A stretch of 61,988 bases of DNA, the filler included, from Nemertoderma westbladi (taxonomy: Eukaryota > Animalia > Xenacoelomorpha): assembly GCA_032718475.1 (NCBI GenBank). It is 4 parts of 4 records of this genome, joined end to end, with 100 filler letters (N's around TTAATTAATTAA, not from the genome) between each part and the next. Parts side by side here need not be neighbours in the genome. Positions count along the whole stretch, not along the records: positions 1 to 27,489 come from JAUCBJ010008963.1; positions 27,590 to 42,722 come from JAUCBJ010000303.1; 2 more parts are not named here. One strand, written 5' to 3'. The notes beneath the pieces are model-generated. The model was not told the origin of the DNA and searched no databases. It was given only the letters and a program-made list of their open reading frames with translations. Below are positions 23,125 to 36,544 of the stretch, in pieces; position 1 is the stretch's first letter; each line of letters starts with the position of its first letter. The translations under genes and the position numbers were made by a program.

Positions 23125-25800
23125 ACAAACGTACACTTACACAACACAACCTACATTATTGAGGAAAACTTACACTTACACAACCTTACATTATTGAGGC
23201 AAACTTACACTTACACAACCTTACATTATTGAGGCAAAATGTACACTTACACAACATTACATTAATGAGGTAAACTTACATATACACAACCTACATTATT
23301 GTGGCAAACATACACTTAAACAACCTACTTTATTGTGACAAACGTACACTTACACAACCTTACATTATTGAGGCAAACTTACACCTACACAACATTACAT
23401 TATTGAGGCAAACTTACACCTACACAACATTACATTAATGGGGTAAACTTACACATGCACAACTGCATTATTGTGGCAAACGTACACTTACAAAACCTAC
23501 ATTATTGTGACAAACGTACACTTACACAACCTTACATTATTGAGGCAAACTTACACCTACACAACATTACATTAATGGTGTAAACTTACACATGCACAAC
23601 TGCATTATTGTGGCAAACGTACACTTACACAACCTACTTTATTGTGACAAACGTACACTTACACAACCTACTTTATTGTGACAAACGTACACTTACACAA
23701 CCTTACATTATTGAGGCAAACTTAAACTTACACAACATTACATTAATGAGGTAAACTTACACATGCACAACTGCATTATTGTGGCAAACGTACACTTACA
23801 AAACCTACATTATTGTGACAAACGTACACTTACACAACCTTACATTATTGAGGCAAACTTACACCTACACAACATTACATTAATGGTGTAAACTTACACA
23901 TGCACAACTGCATTATTGTGGCAAACGTACACTTACACAACCTACTTTATTGTGACAAACGTACACTTAAACAACCTACTTTATTGTGACAAACGTACAC
24001 TTACACAACCTTACATTATTGAGGCAAACTTACACCTACACAACATTACATTATTGAGGCAAACTTACACCTACACAACATTACATTAATGAGGTAAACT
24101 TACACATGCACAACTGCATTATTGTGGCAAACGTACACTTACAAAACCTACATTATTGTGACAAAAGTTCACTTACACAACCTTACATTATTGAGGCAAA
24201 CTTACACCTACACAACATTACATTAATGGTGTAAACTTACACCTACACAACCTTACATTAATGAGGCAAACTTAAACTTACCCAACATTACATTATTGAG
24301 GCAAACTTACCCTACACAACATTACATTATTGAGGCAAACTTACACCTACACAACCTACATTATTGTGGCAAACTTACACTTACACAAACTACATTATTG
24401 TGGCAAACGTACACTTACACAACCTTACATTATTGAGGCAAACTTACCCTACACTTACACAACCTACATTATTGTGGCAAACTTACACTTACACAACCTA
24501 CATTATTGTGGCAAACTTACACTTACACAAACTACATTATTGTGGCAAACGTACACTTACACAACCTTACATTATTGAGGCAAACTTACACCTACACAAC
24601 ATTACATTATTGAGGCAAACTTACACCTACACAACCTACATTATTGTGGCAAACTTACACTTACACAAACTACATTATTGTGGCAAACGTACACTTACAC
24701 AACCTTACATTATTGAGGCAAACTTACCCTACACTTACACAACCTACATTATTGTGGCAAACTTACAATTACACAACCTACATTATTGTGGCAAACTTAC
24801 ACTTACACAAACTACATTATTGTGGCAAACGTACACTTACACAACCTTACATTATTGAGGCAAACTTACCCTACACTTACACAACCTACATTATTGTGGC
24901 AAACTTACACTTACACAAACTACATTATTGTGGCAAACGTACACTTACACAACCTTACATTATTGAGGCAAACTTACCCTACACTTACACAACCTACATT
25001 ATTGTGGCAAATGTACACTTACACAACCTTACATTATTGAGGCAAACTTACCCTACACTTACACAACCTACATTATTGTGGCAAACGTACACTTACACAA
25101 CCTACATTATTGTGGCAAACGTACACTTACACAACCTTACATTATTGAGGCAAACTTACCCTACACTTACACAACCTACATTATTGTGGCAAATGTACAC
25201 TTACACAACCTTACATTATTGAGGCAAACTTACCCTACACTTACACAACCTACATTATTGTGGCAAACGTACACTTACACAACCTACATTATTGTGGCAA
25301 ACGTACACTTACACAACCTTACATTATTGAGGCAAACTTACCCTACACTTACACAACCTACATTATTGTGGCAAATGTACACTTACACAACCTTACATTA
25401 TTGAGGCAAACTTACCCTACACTTACACAACCTACATTATTGTGGCAAACGTACACTTACACAACCTTACATTATTGAGGCAAACTTACCCTACACTTAC
25501 ACAACCTACATTATTGTGGCAAACGTACACTTACACAACCTACATTATTGTGGCAAACGTACACTTACACAACCTTACATTATTGAGGCAAACTTACCCT
25601 ACACTTACACAACCTACATTATTGTGGCAAACGTACACTTACACAACCTACATTATTGTGGCAAACGTACACTTACACAACCTTACATTATTGAGGCAAA
25701 CTTACCCTACACTTACACAACCTACATTATTGTGGCAAATGTACACTTACACAACCTTACATTATTGTGACAAACTTATACATAGACAACCTTACATTAC
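23125..25800. repeat. Satellite, 34/35-bp monomer (aaac[g/t]tacacttacacaacc(t)tacattattg[t/a]ggc) with higher-order blocks
   Basis: Direct tandem repetition over ~2.7 kb. Confidence 0.97.
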
Positions 25801-25964
25801 TGAGATCGTCTCTAAATAGATCTACCCATGTACAAGGATCTATGAGCTAGAAATGATTGACAACTTCAAGATTGGGATAACAAAAAATCAACTCGAAGAT
25901 AGAGTTGTAACATCATCTCATTTTTATATCTCAAATTTTTATATAAGTTACTAATATTACCCAC

Positions 25965-26121
25965 CCGGTTATTGTTTTAGGGCCATTGAAATTGATCAAA
26001 AACCACGAACCCACAGCCACGCCATGCCACGTTACCCAATCAAGCTGATTATCCTTCAGTGCTTGATTACAGTCGTTTCCATAATATTCCGAGGATGCTG
26101 AACAAGTGGTGTAACCGATAA
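25965..26121 (-). CDS. Host exon encoding an F5/8 type C (discoidin)-like segment
   Basis: ttcatag| (V)IGYTTCSASSEYYGNDCNQALKDNQLDWVTWHGVAVGSWFLINFNGPKTITG |gtgggt; phase-1 start is compatible with the TSP1 exon. Confidence 0.6.
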
Positions 26122-27077
26122 CTATGAATAAATACGATAAATATACCTGCCGGGTACCATTTATACATATTAGGGAATATCAAATGCTACTGCTGATCAA
26201 AAGCAGAAGCTTATTGCTGAGTTTACCCTTAATTTCTCAAGGCGAAACGGACTTTCCAGGTTATAGCTGGCAGATCACAGTAATTAAATGTACTGAGAAT
26301 ATTATTACAAGAAAATATGAAAAGTGATGCGCATCCATATATACCAAGGTTTACAACAATTTTTCCAACCGAGTCGCTTAGAATTTGTTAAAACCCTAAG
26401 TAATCTCATTATTAAACTTCCAATACAATCTGAAAGTCATCCAATTAAGTATCTCACTGGGATGCCTAACTTCTAAATCAAATTTTAACTCGTCATTCAT
26501 CTCATTAACGTTTAATACACCAGGGTTGTATTTCAGACTGAAACACAATGTGATCCTACAATATACAACGTTAATTAAATTTGACTATTTTCTAGATGTA
26601 CTTTAGAATAAATGTTCTTGTTCATCGAAATCACTCTATTTGTCCTCTTATTTTGACTTTAAATCCGTGGATATTAATTATTTTATGTTACATACTACCT
26701 ACCGCATCTCTACTGCTGTTCTCTTAGACTATCAGTACCGCAATAGGTAGTGATACCGTGATATGAACTGTTGAAAACGACAAAAATAATTAGTAATTAA
26801 TTAAATAATTTCACAATTTTAGTACCGGCACTGTAGCGTACCTTTTAAATAGTTTGTCAATTTTTTATAATTGCTATCTGAATACGTATAAATGGATCAT
26901 TGCACCGAAATCATAAAATATTTCGCCCCATAGTTACCAATTACCCCCCCCCCCCCCCCCCCCCCCCCCCCTACACACACTCAGACACCTCCATCACGGC
27001 AGTAAAATGCTATTAGAGTTACGTACAAATTTATTCTTGAAAATAAAAGCATTATCACAATATATTTCTTGAATTAC

Positions 27078-27236
27078 CTGCTGATTGGCATCGGTTACTT
27101 TCCCCACTGCAAGGTTCTCCGTTTGGGGATGGTGTGGGGTTGTCACATAACCTTATTGATATTTGACTTCGGAGTCCAATACATTCATGTTCGGTATCAC
27201 TCGTCCAAGAAGACCATTCACCCCAACCGCCGTCAA
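27078..27236 (-). CDS. Host exon encoding a thrombospondin type-1 repeat
   Basis: tttttag| VDGGWGEWSSW..C...R.CDNPTP..NG.PC.G |gtaatt; 159 bp, symmetric phase 1-1. Confidence 0.85.
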
Positions 27237-27489
27237 CTAAAAAGTATTTTATAATTGATGCAATAGTAATAGTGTTGTTGTTTTGAAACAAAACTCAAAG
27301 AGATTCACACACTCCAACCAAGTCGCTTAGAATTTGGTATGTCCGTGGATAATAACGATATTATGTTCCAGACCCTCTACCCGGCATCTCTACTGCTGTT
27401 CTCTGACACTATCAGGACCGCACCGGTGGTACCAGTATAGAGTACTAGTATATTGTAGGTTTTAGTCTTTGCCTTAGAAATAATTATAC

Positions 27490-27589
27490 NNNNNNNNNNN
27501 NNNNNNNNNNNNNNNNNNNNNNNNNNNNNNNNNTTAATTAATTAANNNNNNNNNNNNNNNNNNNNNNNNNNNNNNNNNNNNNNNNNNNN
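27490..27589. other. Artificial contig spacer
   Basis: 44 N + TTAATTAATTAA + 44 N. Confidence 0.97.
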
Positions 27590-29627
27590 CGGCGCTGAAA
27601 AAAAGAATGATTATAAGGATATTGATACCCTCGTTGGGGGTGTGAGCGCTCAGATGAAGATGAAAACACCTAAAGCCATGAAAGAACAAGCGCTTAAGCG
27701 AAAAATTGATCTCATCGTGAATAAAACACCTAGCTATGAGTATGAAGATATCAGCGACTTCGAAGAGGACATCGTCAATGATACGGATGATGGTGAAGAC
27801 ATTTTCAATGAAATCGAGACTAATGGGCAACCTCAAATAAAGAAGAATAAACATTCAGTGTGAATCTTCGAGCGGTAGAAACTTTATTATATAAATAGAC
27901 CATGTTCGTAGGCGGTGTCACCGCAACGAGCCAGGCACGGTTAAATTATTATTATTATTTTGTGGTGGTAAATTATTTGTTGGTATAATGAATTATCGAT
28001 TGAAATAAATATTATATAAATTTATTTATAGTATTATACATTATTATACACATATTTATATATTTATTACTTTATTTTATTTATTATACACGGATATGTT
28101 GGGGGAAAATGAACTTGTGGTGGATGAAGTAGATATGGATGCGGAGGAAGAGGTGGAAGAGGTGGAAGATGTGGATGTGGCGGCTGAAATAGCGAAGGAG
28201 AATGAAGCAATATTGGTGGCTATGTATGCGAGGGAGAAAGAAGAAGCGCGGTTGGAGAGGTTGTTAAATCCAAGAAATGAGTGGGAGGAGATAGAGAAGA
28301 ACCATTATTTGGAGGAAGAGGCGAGAAAGAACAGCGCGTGGGGTGAAGATTGGGAGTTGGAGATGGAGGCTGAGGGGGTTAGGAGAGCGAGGGAGGCTGA
28401 GAGGTGTGCACAGGAGAAGGTGATGAAAGAAAGGATTGAGATGTTAGAAGGAATGATGGGGATGTTGGGTGATGGTGGTGGCAGTAATGGTAATAATGCG
28501 GTGGATGTAGATAGCGATGATAGTGGGATAAATGGGTGAGGTGGTGGAAGAAATTTTAAAATAGTAATGGTGATGGATTTAAGTATAATAATCAAATTTG
28601 TTGGTATAATGATAATATTATAAATACAATAACCTTACTTCGCCGTAGCTCGCCCCACAACTCATTAATGGTGCCCATATGCTAAGGCTTCACTCGCTTC
28701 ATGGCTCGCCCCATTTTTTCAATGTTGGAAAGGAATGAAGGGGATGTCGGGTGATGGTGGTAGTGGTAATGATGTTGTGGATGAGGAAGAAGATTGGGCA
28801 GATGGTGATAGCGGGATAAGCGGGTGGGGTGGTGGGAGAAATTTTTAAATAAAGCGGCGTCGGATTTAAGTAAATGATCAAATTAAAATAACCTTACTTC
28901 GATGCTATCACTCACTTCATGGCTCGCCCCATAGGTAGAATAATCAAATTAAAATAATATTATAAATACTATAACCTTATACTCACTTCGTGGCTCGCCC
29001 CACAACTTGTTGCGTAGTGATAAGTATAAATACAATAACATTACTTCGATGCTATCACTCACTTCATGGCTCGCCCCCATAGGTAGAATAATCAAATTAA
29101 AATAATATTATAAATACCTTATTCTCACTTCGCGGCTTGCCCCCACAACTTATTGCTTGACAATATTGGTAGCCGCCGTTAGTCTGTGTTTATTCACCTT
29201 TTTTAGTTGTTGCGTCTGTAATAGTCTATCATGTTAAAGACTTTTATAACAAACGTCTGCGACTCACTTACTATATTGGGTTTTACCTATTGCAGTTCAA
29301 GGTCAAACGCCAACCGGTAGACGCGAATTAATTAAATTACTTCCGTCTGCGAACTGGCCTTATACCACATATGTCACATATACACAGTGGTGACATATGT
29401 TACATATGCACAATGGTAACCATGGTAACCATAGTAAGTGGGTGGGGCAACAATGGTAATCATAGTAAGTAGGCGGGGTAAGAATGGTAACCACGGAAAC
29501 CATAGTAAGTGGGTGGAGCAACAATGGTAATTATAGTAAGTAGGCGGGGCAAGAGCCGTTCGGCAAATTCTTTAACATGGTAGACTATGGCAGACACTGT
29601 CTTAATCCAGGTGTTTACCATACTACT
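27590..29627. mobile_element. Probable Maverick/Polinton terminal region (TIR end)
   Basis: Ends ...TACTACT (5'-AGTAGTA on the minus strand); subterminal GGCGGGG and GTCAC/GGTAAC repeats (29365-29550); repeats 28620-29150; short acidic ORFs. No core gene in the window. Confidence 0.5.
28096..28539 (+). CDS. Glu-rich low-complexity ORF, unknown function
   Basis: 147-aa purine-rich ATG ORF set in AT-rich flanks. Confidence 0.35.
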   Translation: MLGENELVVDEVDMDAEEEVEEVEDVDVAAEIAKENEAILVAMYAREKEEARLERLLNPRNEWEEIEKNHYLEEEARKNSAWGEDWELEMEAEGVRRAREAERCAQEKVMKERIEMLEGMMGMLGDGGGSNGNNAVDVDSDDSGING

Positions 29628-29925
29628 TCCTTAGCTTCGTGGACTGTATTTTCTAATTAACCTCAAACGGCTTGGATATGGATCTTATATAGATGAGTTG
29701 CAAAACCCCAAGTTTATATACTATGAATACACCATCTCAGCTAAGGAAAATCTTTCTTAGTGAAAGTAGTTGATTTTCCTTAGCTTCGTGGATATTACAG
29801 TTTTGCTACAAATAGAGTTATCAATATAGATTTGAATGATATAGAGTTTAATAAACTACAGTTACAGTACCATGGTAAATAAATTTCTGGAATAATTTAA
29901 GTTTCACGAAAAGTTCCAACTAGTG

Positions 29926-30390
29926 CACAGTGGGGCTTAACTTGGTTTTTGGCAAAGGTTGGACCCCGTTCATGAAAATAAGTTTTTTGAGCTTAGTTGG
30001 TCCCCTAATGTAAAAATTGACAAAAATTAAAATATTTCATGGGTGGCTTTTTATATTAATACTATTTAAGTAATTATTTAATACTAATCATATTACTAAA
30101 TTTCATCACTTACTCCCCCAAACATATTGACAGGTTTATTTTGCTCCATTGGTGTCACATTGTACAAAAAATAAAAAAATTTAAAATTTCATGGGTGGCT
30201 TTTAATATAATGCTATTTAATTATTTATTTAATACTAAATATTATTACCTTTAACAAAGGATGTTACCCCATTCCTGAAAACACGTTTTTTTTTTGCTCT
30301 AATCATGTCTCGATGAATAAAATATAAAAAATTAGAAAGTTTCATGGGTGGCTTTTAATATAAATGCTATTTAATTATTTATTTAATACT
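29926..30390. mobile_element. Possible non-autonomous DNA transposon end (CACAGTGG) with three ~150-bp internal repeats
   Basis: cacagtgggg at 29926; tttcatgggtggctttt at ~30035, ~30187, ~30340; second TIR not seen. Confidence 0.35.
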
Positions 30391-30730
30391 AAATCAAATC
30401 ACAATCAAATGGTGTAATTCTGAAGTGTGCATTGTAAGAATGACCCGAGTTAGTAAAATGTCTGTTGATGGCAGTCGATGGTTTGTCATTAATTATATTT
30501 GTCTTGTAGTTGGCTATCCTAGGCTTTAAGTCCTCTGTTGAACCGATACCAAATAAGTTACATTTAATGCAAGTCACCACGTAAATAACATTTTTAGCAT
30601 TGCAAGATAAATTATTCTTTATATAAACCCTGTGGCTTTTGTTAGTTGTTGAGCTGACTTATTTTAAAGGTAATAATACTTTATAGGGGACACATGCCAC
30701 TCTGTCACATTTATGAACTCCTAGAAAATC
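30389..30730 (-). pseudogene. Penelope-like element GIY-YIG endonuclease fragment
   Basis: HKC...C...LSCNAKNVIYVVTCIKCNLFGIGST..LK.RI..Y...I......I.RHF...H. Confidence 0.8.
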
Positions 30731-30731
30731 A

Positions 30732-32738
30732 CTAGACGGTCAGGGCCCTAAACCGATTAGGTTCTCTGTTCGCAGAACACCGAACACTATTCCGGCCACG
30801 GAACTAGTCCAGCAGAATGCCTTTATAGAATCCTGGGATTTGGGGGACGAGAGGATCTCAGCAACTAAGCGAAAACGAACAATAGGATGTTCCTAGACCC
30901 CCCCCCCCCCAAATTTATCTAGAAGACTTTTTCCCATATACATTACGTTTCAAAAGTCTACGGTTCTCCGGCTAGGGCCAATTTGAGTCAAAAAGTCAGC
31001 TTCCCTATCAACCTCGTTGCTATGGAGATAAGTCCAGAACCGCTAATGCTACGGACTTGGGACTGGCGCCAAACTGTAGGCAGCATATGGGTTTACCTTC
31101 ACAACCTTTTTTTTGGAGCGATCAGATCATGATCTTGACCATGATCAGCAAAGATCAGTTTTGATCAGCAATCGGACACTCAAGGCTTGCTCCAATCGAA
31201 AAACTTAACATTACAAAAAGATTCAGCGACCCCACATTAGTCATGATTCCCGTTAAAAGATTTTCAAAAAAGTAAATTCTTCCTGGTCAAAACGCAAGAT
31301 CGTGATCGCGCAAAGATCGGATGTCGTAAAATCGTAACTAAGCATTTTGGATATAAACAATTACTGTAGGAAACGTTCAGAACACCGCCCTGAGTCGATT
31401 AAAAAACATTGGCTCGATCGGACAGCCGGTTCTCGAGATCTGATACCTGATCATTAAAGATCATATTTTTTGGTTATTTCCAATTTTCTCGAAAACTTTG
31501 TTTGAGACCCCCGATTTTTTTTTTACGAATCGACTTCTATGGTGAAGGGGCAACTTTTGAGCATTTCGAAATTTTCAAAAAGCGATTTGATCAGGCCGCG
31601 ATCAGAAAAGATCGTGTTTTTGGTTTTATTTCGAAGACCAAGTCCTGGGAGTTCACCGTATGGAAAAACTTAACATCACAAAAAGATTCCTCACCCTCGA
31701 ATTAGGGGGGGTAGCCAAAATTTTGGCATTAAAAAGTTCAAGTCTAGTGGGTCAAAACTCAAGATCATGATCGCGAAAAGATCAGTGTATTTAAAATCGA
31801 ATCTAAGCATTTTTTAAATAAACATTCATTGTAAGAAATGTTCAATGGTCTATTCTGAGTTGATTTAAAAAAAAATTGGCTCGATCGGTCAACCGGTTCT
31901 CGAGATCTGATACCTGATCATTAAAGATCATATTTTTCGGTTTTTTCCAATTTTCTCGAAAACTTTGTTTGAGACCGCCGATTTTTTTTTTACTAATCGA
32001 CTTCTATTAAGAAGGGGAAACTTTTAAGCATTTCGAAATTTTCAAAAAGCGATTTGATCAGGCCATGATCAGGAAAGATCATGTTTTCGGTTTTATTTCG
32101 AAGACCAAGTCCTGTGAGTTCACCGTATGAAAAAACTTAACATTCCAAAAAGATTCCCCACCCTCGAATTAGGGGGGGTAGCCAAAATTTGACCATAAAA
32201 AAGTTCAATTCTAGGGGGTCAAAAGATCATGATCGCGAAATGATCAGTTTTTTCGAAATTACTTCTGAGCATTTTGGGGCAAAACTTTCAAACTAAAAAA
32301 CATTCACTGGAGTGTTCTAAGTAGATTAAAAAAAATTTCGACTCAATAGGCCTACCGGTACCGGAGATATGGTCGTCCAAAGTCTGCTTCCGGTAATTCG
32401 AAAATATTTCGAAAACCCTAGATCGAATTTTTTTCTTGAAAAAATGTGAATGTACAGTTAGTAAACCCGCATCCAGCATCATATTTCGGATGACAGGTAC
32501 CGGTGAAATCAGACTTTACCGAAAAAAATTTAAATTTTAGGTACTCATGTCTGACTATCTCGAAAACTATAACAGGTATGGAAATACCTTCACTGCAAGA
32601 AATGTTCGCCTATCCAATGCGCTTCAAACTCTGTGCTCGGATTTTGCATAGTGTCAAAACCTACAACTTAACCCCCCCAGCGGAGGGAATGGAGTGACCG
32701 GAGCGCCAATACTATCTTTCATTATTATATAGTAATAA
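30732..32738 (-). mobile_element. Non-autonomous Helitron-like element with a ~467-bp internal tandem repeat
   Basis: Minus-strand 3' end: GC hairpin cggtttagggccctgaccg then tCTAG|T; 5' end tattactatataataat; repeat period ~467 bp over 31190-32280. Confidence 0.55.
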
Positions 32739-33514
32739 GGGTGGTGGGTGGGGTAGGTGGTGAATACTATTTATAGGGTGGAGGGAGGGTCTAGTATATT
32801 ACTTTAGGATATTTGATTTCTTTGCAATATAGTTTAGCTGCCTCAGTCTTATTTGTAATATGTTATACATTATACCAAATTATATCAAGTTTAACATATT
32901 ACATTGTCTACCTGTAGGAGAAATATACAATGTAGGGCTCATAATATATTTATAAATAGATTTAGTATATTTACATTGTATAACAGAGTGAATTGATACT
33001 ACGGTATTATAGTAAAGATTCCGCTTTGATATATCTGATCAAATGGCAATTTCTGGTAAATTATTTATTTCACTATCTTGGGTATATCATTCAATTTCTA
33101 AAACTATAATAATAAACATTTACTTCACTTCTTGTTTACTCGCATGGATATATTGATATAAAACACATCAGTATAATATCTTATAGGGCCAAACGCAGAT
33201 TAATCGGAATAATATGTTTAATTAATTATTATTACAATTGGCACATTGAAGTAAGTAGTACATGAGTTTGATAAAATAATTATGAATCCGTATCTTATTC
33301 TACTTTGTCTATATGGTTATGTTATATAATAATGTTACTTTATCACTTTGGTTTAAACTCATCTCCTTTATAACTACTTACTACCACTACTAACTACTAT
33401 TACTACTACTACTGACTACTGCAGAGTTAGGTGTATATTATAAGAGGATGGGGTTCGTGATTATTACTTATTATACTAGTGCCCCTCGGCTATAGAGAGT
33501 CCACCCTCGGTTAC

Positions 33515-34222
33515 TTACTGGATGAAGGTTCCCTTGTACACCTCAGTCTGGACTGGTGCAAGGATATTCTTTAAGGTTGGTGCGCGGCGAGTTACAACTT
33601 CCAATTTATGACTATTCCAAAAAGATTTTGTCATAGAATGTTCATCTAGAATTGTGGAATGTTTTGAAATAATAACCTCGGGGTTAGGTAATAGAGGGTC
33701 ATTATTGTGTACATAGAAAAGTTGTTTCTTTTTATTCTTTTTAAGCTTGTCTTTTTTTACTTTAAGTGCTTGAAACTGCTTACTGACTGCTGCAGAAGCA
33801 AATTGTTGAGCAACAGATATGAGCGACTCATCCCAGCCTCTCACGACAAATGCAGAACCATACTCTATGAGACTAGAAAAAAGATCTGAATCTAAACTAC
33901 AATTCCTGAGCAAGCATAAAGCTACACCATAAGGGAAGGGATGTTTTGAATCTGTGAACGAGGATGTGCGCTTAAAGGACACAAAATACTGATGTACGTC
34001 CATAGGCTTGTGATAATGTTTAGTTTGGATGTATCCACTGTCATCAATAAAAATAGTTAAATCCAGAAAATTTACTTCTTTACTAAATTGTTCTAACTTA
34101 AAGACTAACTTTCCGGGAAGTACTGTCTCATTTAAATGTGCGACTAAATTTGTAACAACATCTTCTGAAAAATGCCTGAAAAATTCGATTAAAAATTGAA
34201 CTGTCAATGCTTCGGCAATCAA
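33515..34222 (-). pseudogene. Penelope-like element RT C-terminal/thumb fragment
   Basis: F.LE....VNFLDLTI....IQTK.Y.KP.D..Y...HP..PYG.AL.L.RNCS...RG...RRAPTLKNIL. Confidence 0.85.
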
Positions 34223-34629
34223 TGTCTGAAGATGGTATTCATTTATTCCGTTTAGAATCTAAGGAAAATAAAGCAGATGTCCTCACAAAGGAGAGACCAG
34301 GATTTGATTTATTGAAATACATACAAGAGTAGAACTATACAGAGAGACAAAGATTCCATTTATTGAAATACAAAAACAGTAGAACCATACAGAAAATATT
34401 TATGTCCAGTGTTGGATGGATAATGATATTTAAAAAAAAATATATATATATATCATAGAAAGGATAAATTTTATATATCTACTGGTGGTATATCAAGCGT
34501 TTTGTTCGAGTTTGGGGCATCTGGAAACACAGTGACTAAGGTCTATGTAGATGCGATGCCCATGCATCAGTATGGTATGAAGATTATTATTGTGCAGGCA
34601 TTATTTTATGTCCTCGTAATAATACAATT

Positions 34630-34800
34630 TCTAGTCCAGACGAGATGTTGTTTATGAACAACTCGTCCATATGAGATGTTGTATGTGAACAACTCGTCTG
34701 GACGAGATGTAACAACAACTCATCCGGATGAGATGTTGTAGCAACACCTCGTCCAGACAAGATGTTATAGCAACAACTCGTTCAGACAAGATGTTTTATG
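34630..34800. repeat. Minisatellite of ~six self-complementary ~29-32-bp units
   Basis: aacaactcgtc(ca/tg)gacgagatgttg units. Confidence 0.75.
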
Positions 34801-34990
34801 CAAACATTTTATACTGTATGGTAGGGTATTTAATTGGAGTAGGCCTACTGTAGAAACTTATTAGCCCTACCACCATAGTAGAACCGGCAGTGGTACCATG
34901 GCCTTCATAGCAATGTCAGTGTCGTATTGCTCTACTGCTCTATATCATATTGCAGTATTGCCATTTTTTATTGTTCAGTTGTTGTTATGT

Positions 34991-36191
34991 GCTCTTACTG
35001 TGTAAGAGCCAAAACGGATTTCGACCAAGTAGATCAACAATAGCTCAGATACTTGCACTACGGAGACTGATTGAAGGAATTAAGTCAAAGAATCTCCCCG
35101 CAGTCATGACTTTTGTGGACTTCAAGAAGGCATTCGACTCCATCCATAGAGGTAAAATGCTTGAAATCCTAAGAGCTTATGGAATACCAGAAGTAATTGT
35201 TGCTGGCATTGGATTGCTATATTGTGACACAGAAGCGCAGGTACTCTCACCAGATGGTGAAACTGAGTTTTTCTCAATCCTGGCTGGCGTACTGCAAGGT
35301 GACACATTAGCACCATTACTATTTATAATTGTGCTTGATTACGCAATGAGGACGGCCACAAAGGGTGAAGATCTGGGATTCACACTTCAAGAACGCAGAA
35401 GTAGTAGATATCCGGCAACTACAGTCACAGACACCGACTTTGCGGATGACATCGCCCTGCTCTCTAATACGCTAGCAGATGCACAGCTTCTACTAAATAA
35501 AGTGGAGAGGGCTGCTAAGGAGGTTGGATTGCATATAAATGCTACCAAGACCGAATTCATGACCTTTAATGTTGATGGAAACTTGACAACCATTGATAAT
35601 AATCAACTAAGGCAGGTCGATGACTTCCAGTACCTTGGATCATGGATAGAGAGTAGCAAAAAGGACATAGAAGTTAGGAAAGCAAAGGCTTGGGTAGCTC
35701 TATCAAAAATGGATACCATCTGGAAATCAGATCTCTCCAGGCACCTGAAGACCAAGTTCTTTCGAGCCACAGTGGAAAGTGTATTTTTATACGGGGGTGA
35801 GACCTGGACACTGACTAAATCACTTGAACAACGAATTGATGGTTGCTACACAAGACTACTAAGGGCAGCCCTAAACATCAGCTGGAGACAACACATGACA
35901 AACGCCGATCTATATGGTACAATACCACCTGTATCAACCACCCTCCGTGAACGCAGATTAAGATTCAGTGGGCACTGCTGGCGAAGTAAAGACGAGGTCA
36001 TACCAGATCTACTTCTCTGGCAACCAACTCATGGAAAGCGTAGTCGTGGACGACCTGCCATAACATATATAGATCAACTTGAAAGGGATACTGAACTTGG
36101 GAGAAACGAAATTGCGACAACTATGGAGAATCGGGAAGCCTGGAAGGATCTCATTTCCACTGTCCGAGTTCGCTCGACCTAGTAGTAGTAG
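34991..36191 (+). mobile_element. 5'-truncated RTE-clade LINE with intact RT frame
   Basis: QNGFR, DFKKAFDS, GVLQGD.LAP, FADD, YLGS, GRP..TY; (TAG)n tail; 11-bp TSD TGTTGTTATGT at 34980-34990 and 36192-36202. Confidence 0.93.
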
Positions 36192-36544
36192 TGTTGTTAT
36201 GTTATATTAGTTTATTCTTATTGCTGTATTGTGGTAGTTTGTACCAGTCAGCTGGTCCTTCAAATTAAGTCATTAAACCCACTACGTGGCACTAGGTATA
36301 CTGCAGGACCGGTACTGGATTTACAAATCTTAGATAACCAGCTTACTACCGGTAGACAAGTGTACCGGTCTGCCAGTATTATAATAGGCGCTTGAAAAAG
36401 TATACCTGCATTAAAAGTCTCATCGTACAGGCAGAAAGTCTCAATCTAAACTATTAATTTCCTAATTACTAACTAACTAATTAATTTCCAATGAAGTACA
36501 TTAAGTAAGTTGTAATAATGTTAAATAAGTAAGTTGGAGATTCT

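Noticed and set aside
24330-25819. ORFs in the satellite (also 50345-50569)
   Set aside because: Translation products of tandem repeats
27534-27545. TTAATTAATTAA as a biological motif, and ORFs crossing the N runs
   Set aside because: Identical artificial linker in all three gaps; adjacency across gaps is not meaningful
29926-29952. RAG recombination signal (CACAGTG + nonamer)
   Set aside because: The nonamer-like GGTTTTTGG is in the wrong orientation and the spacer is 11 nt
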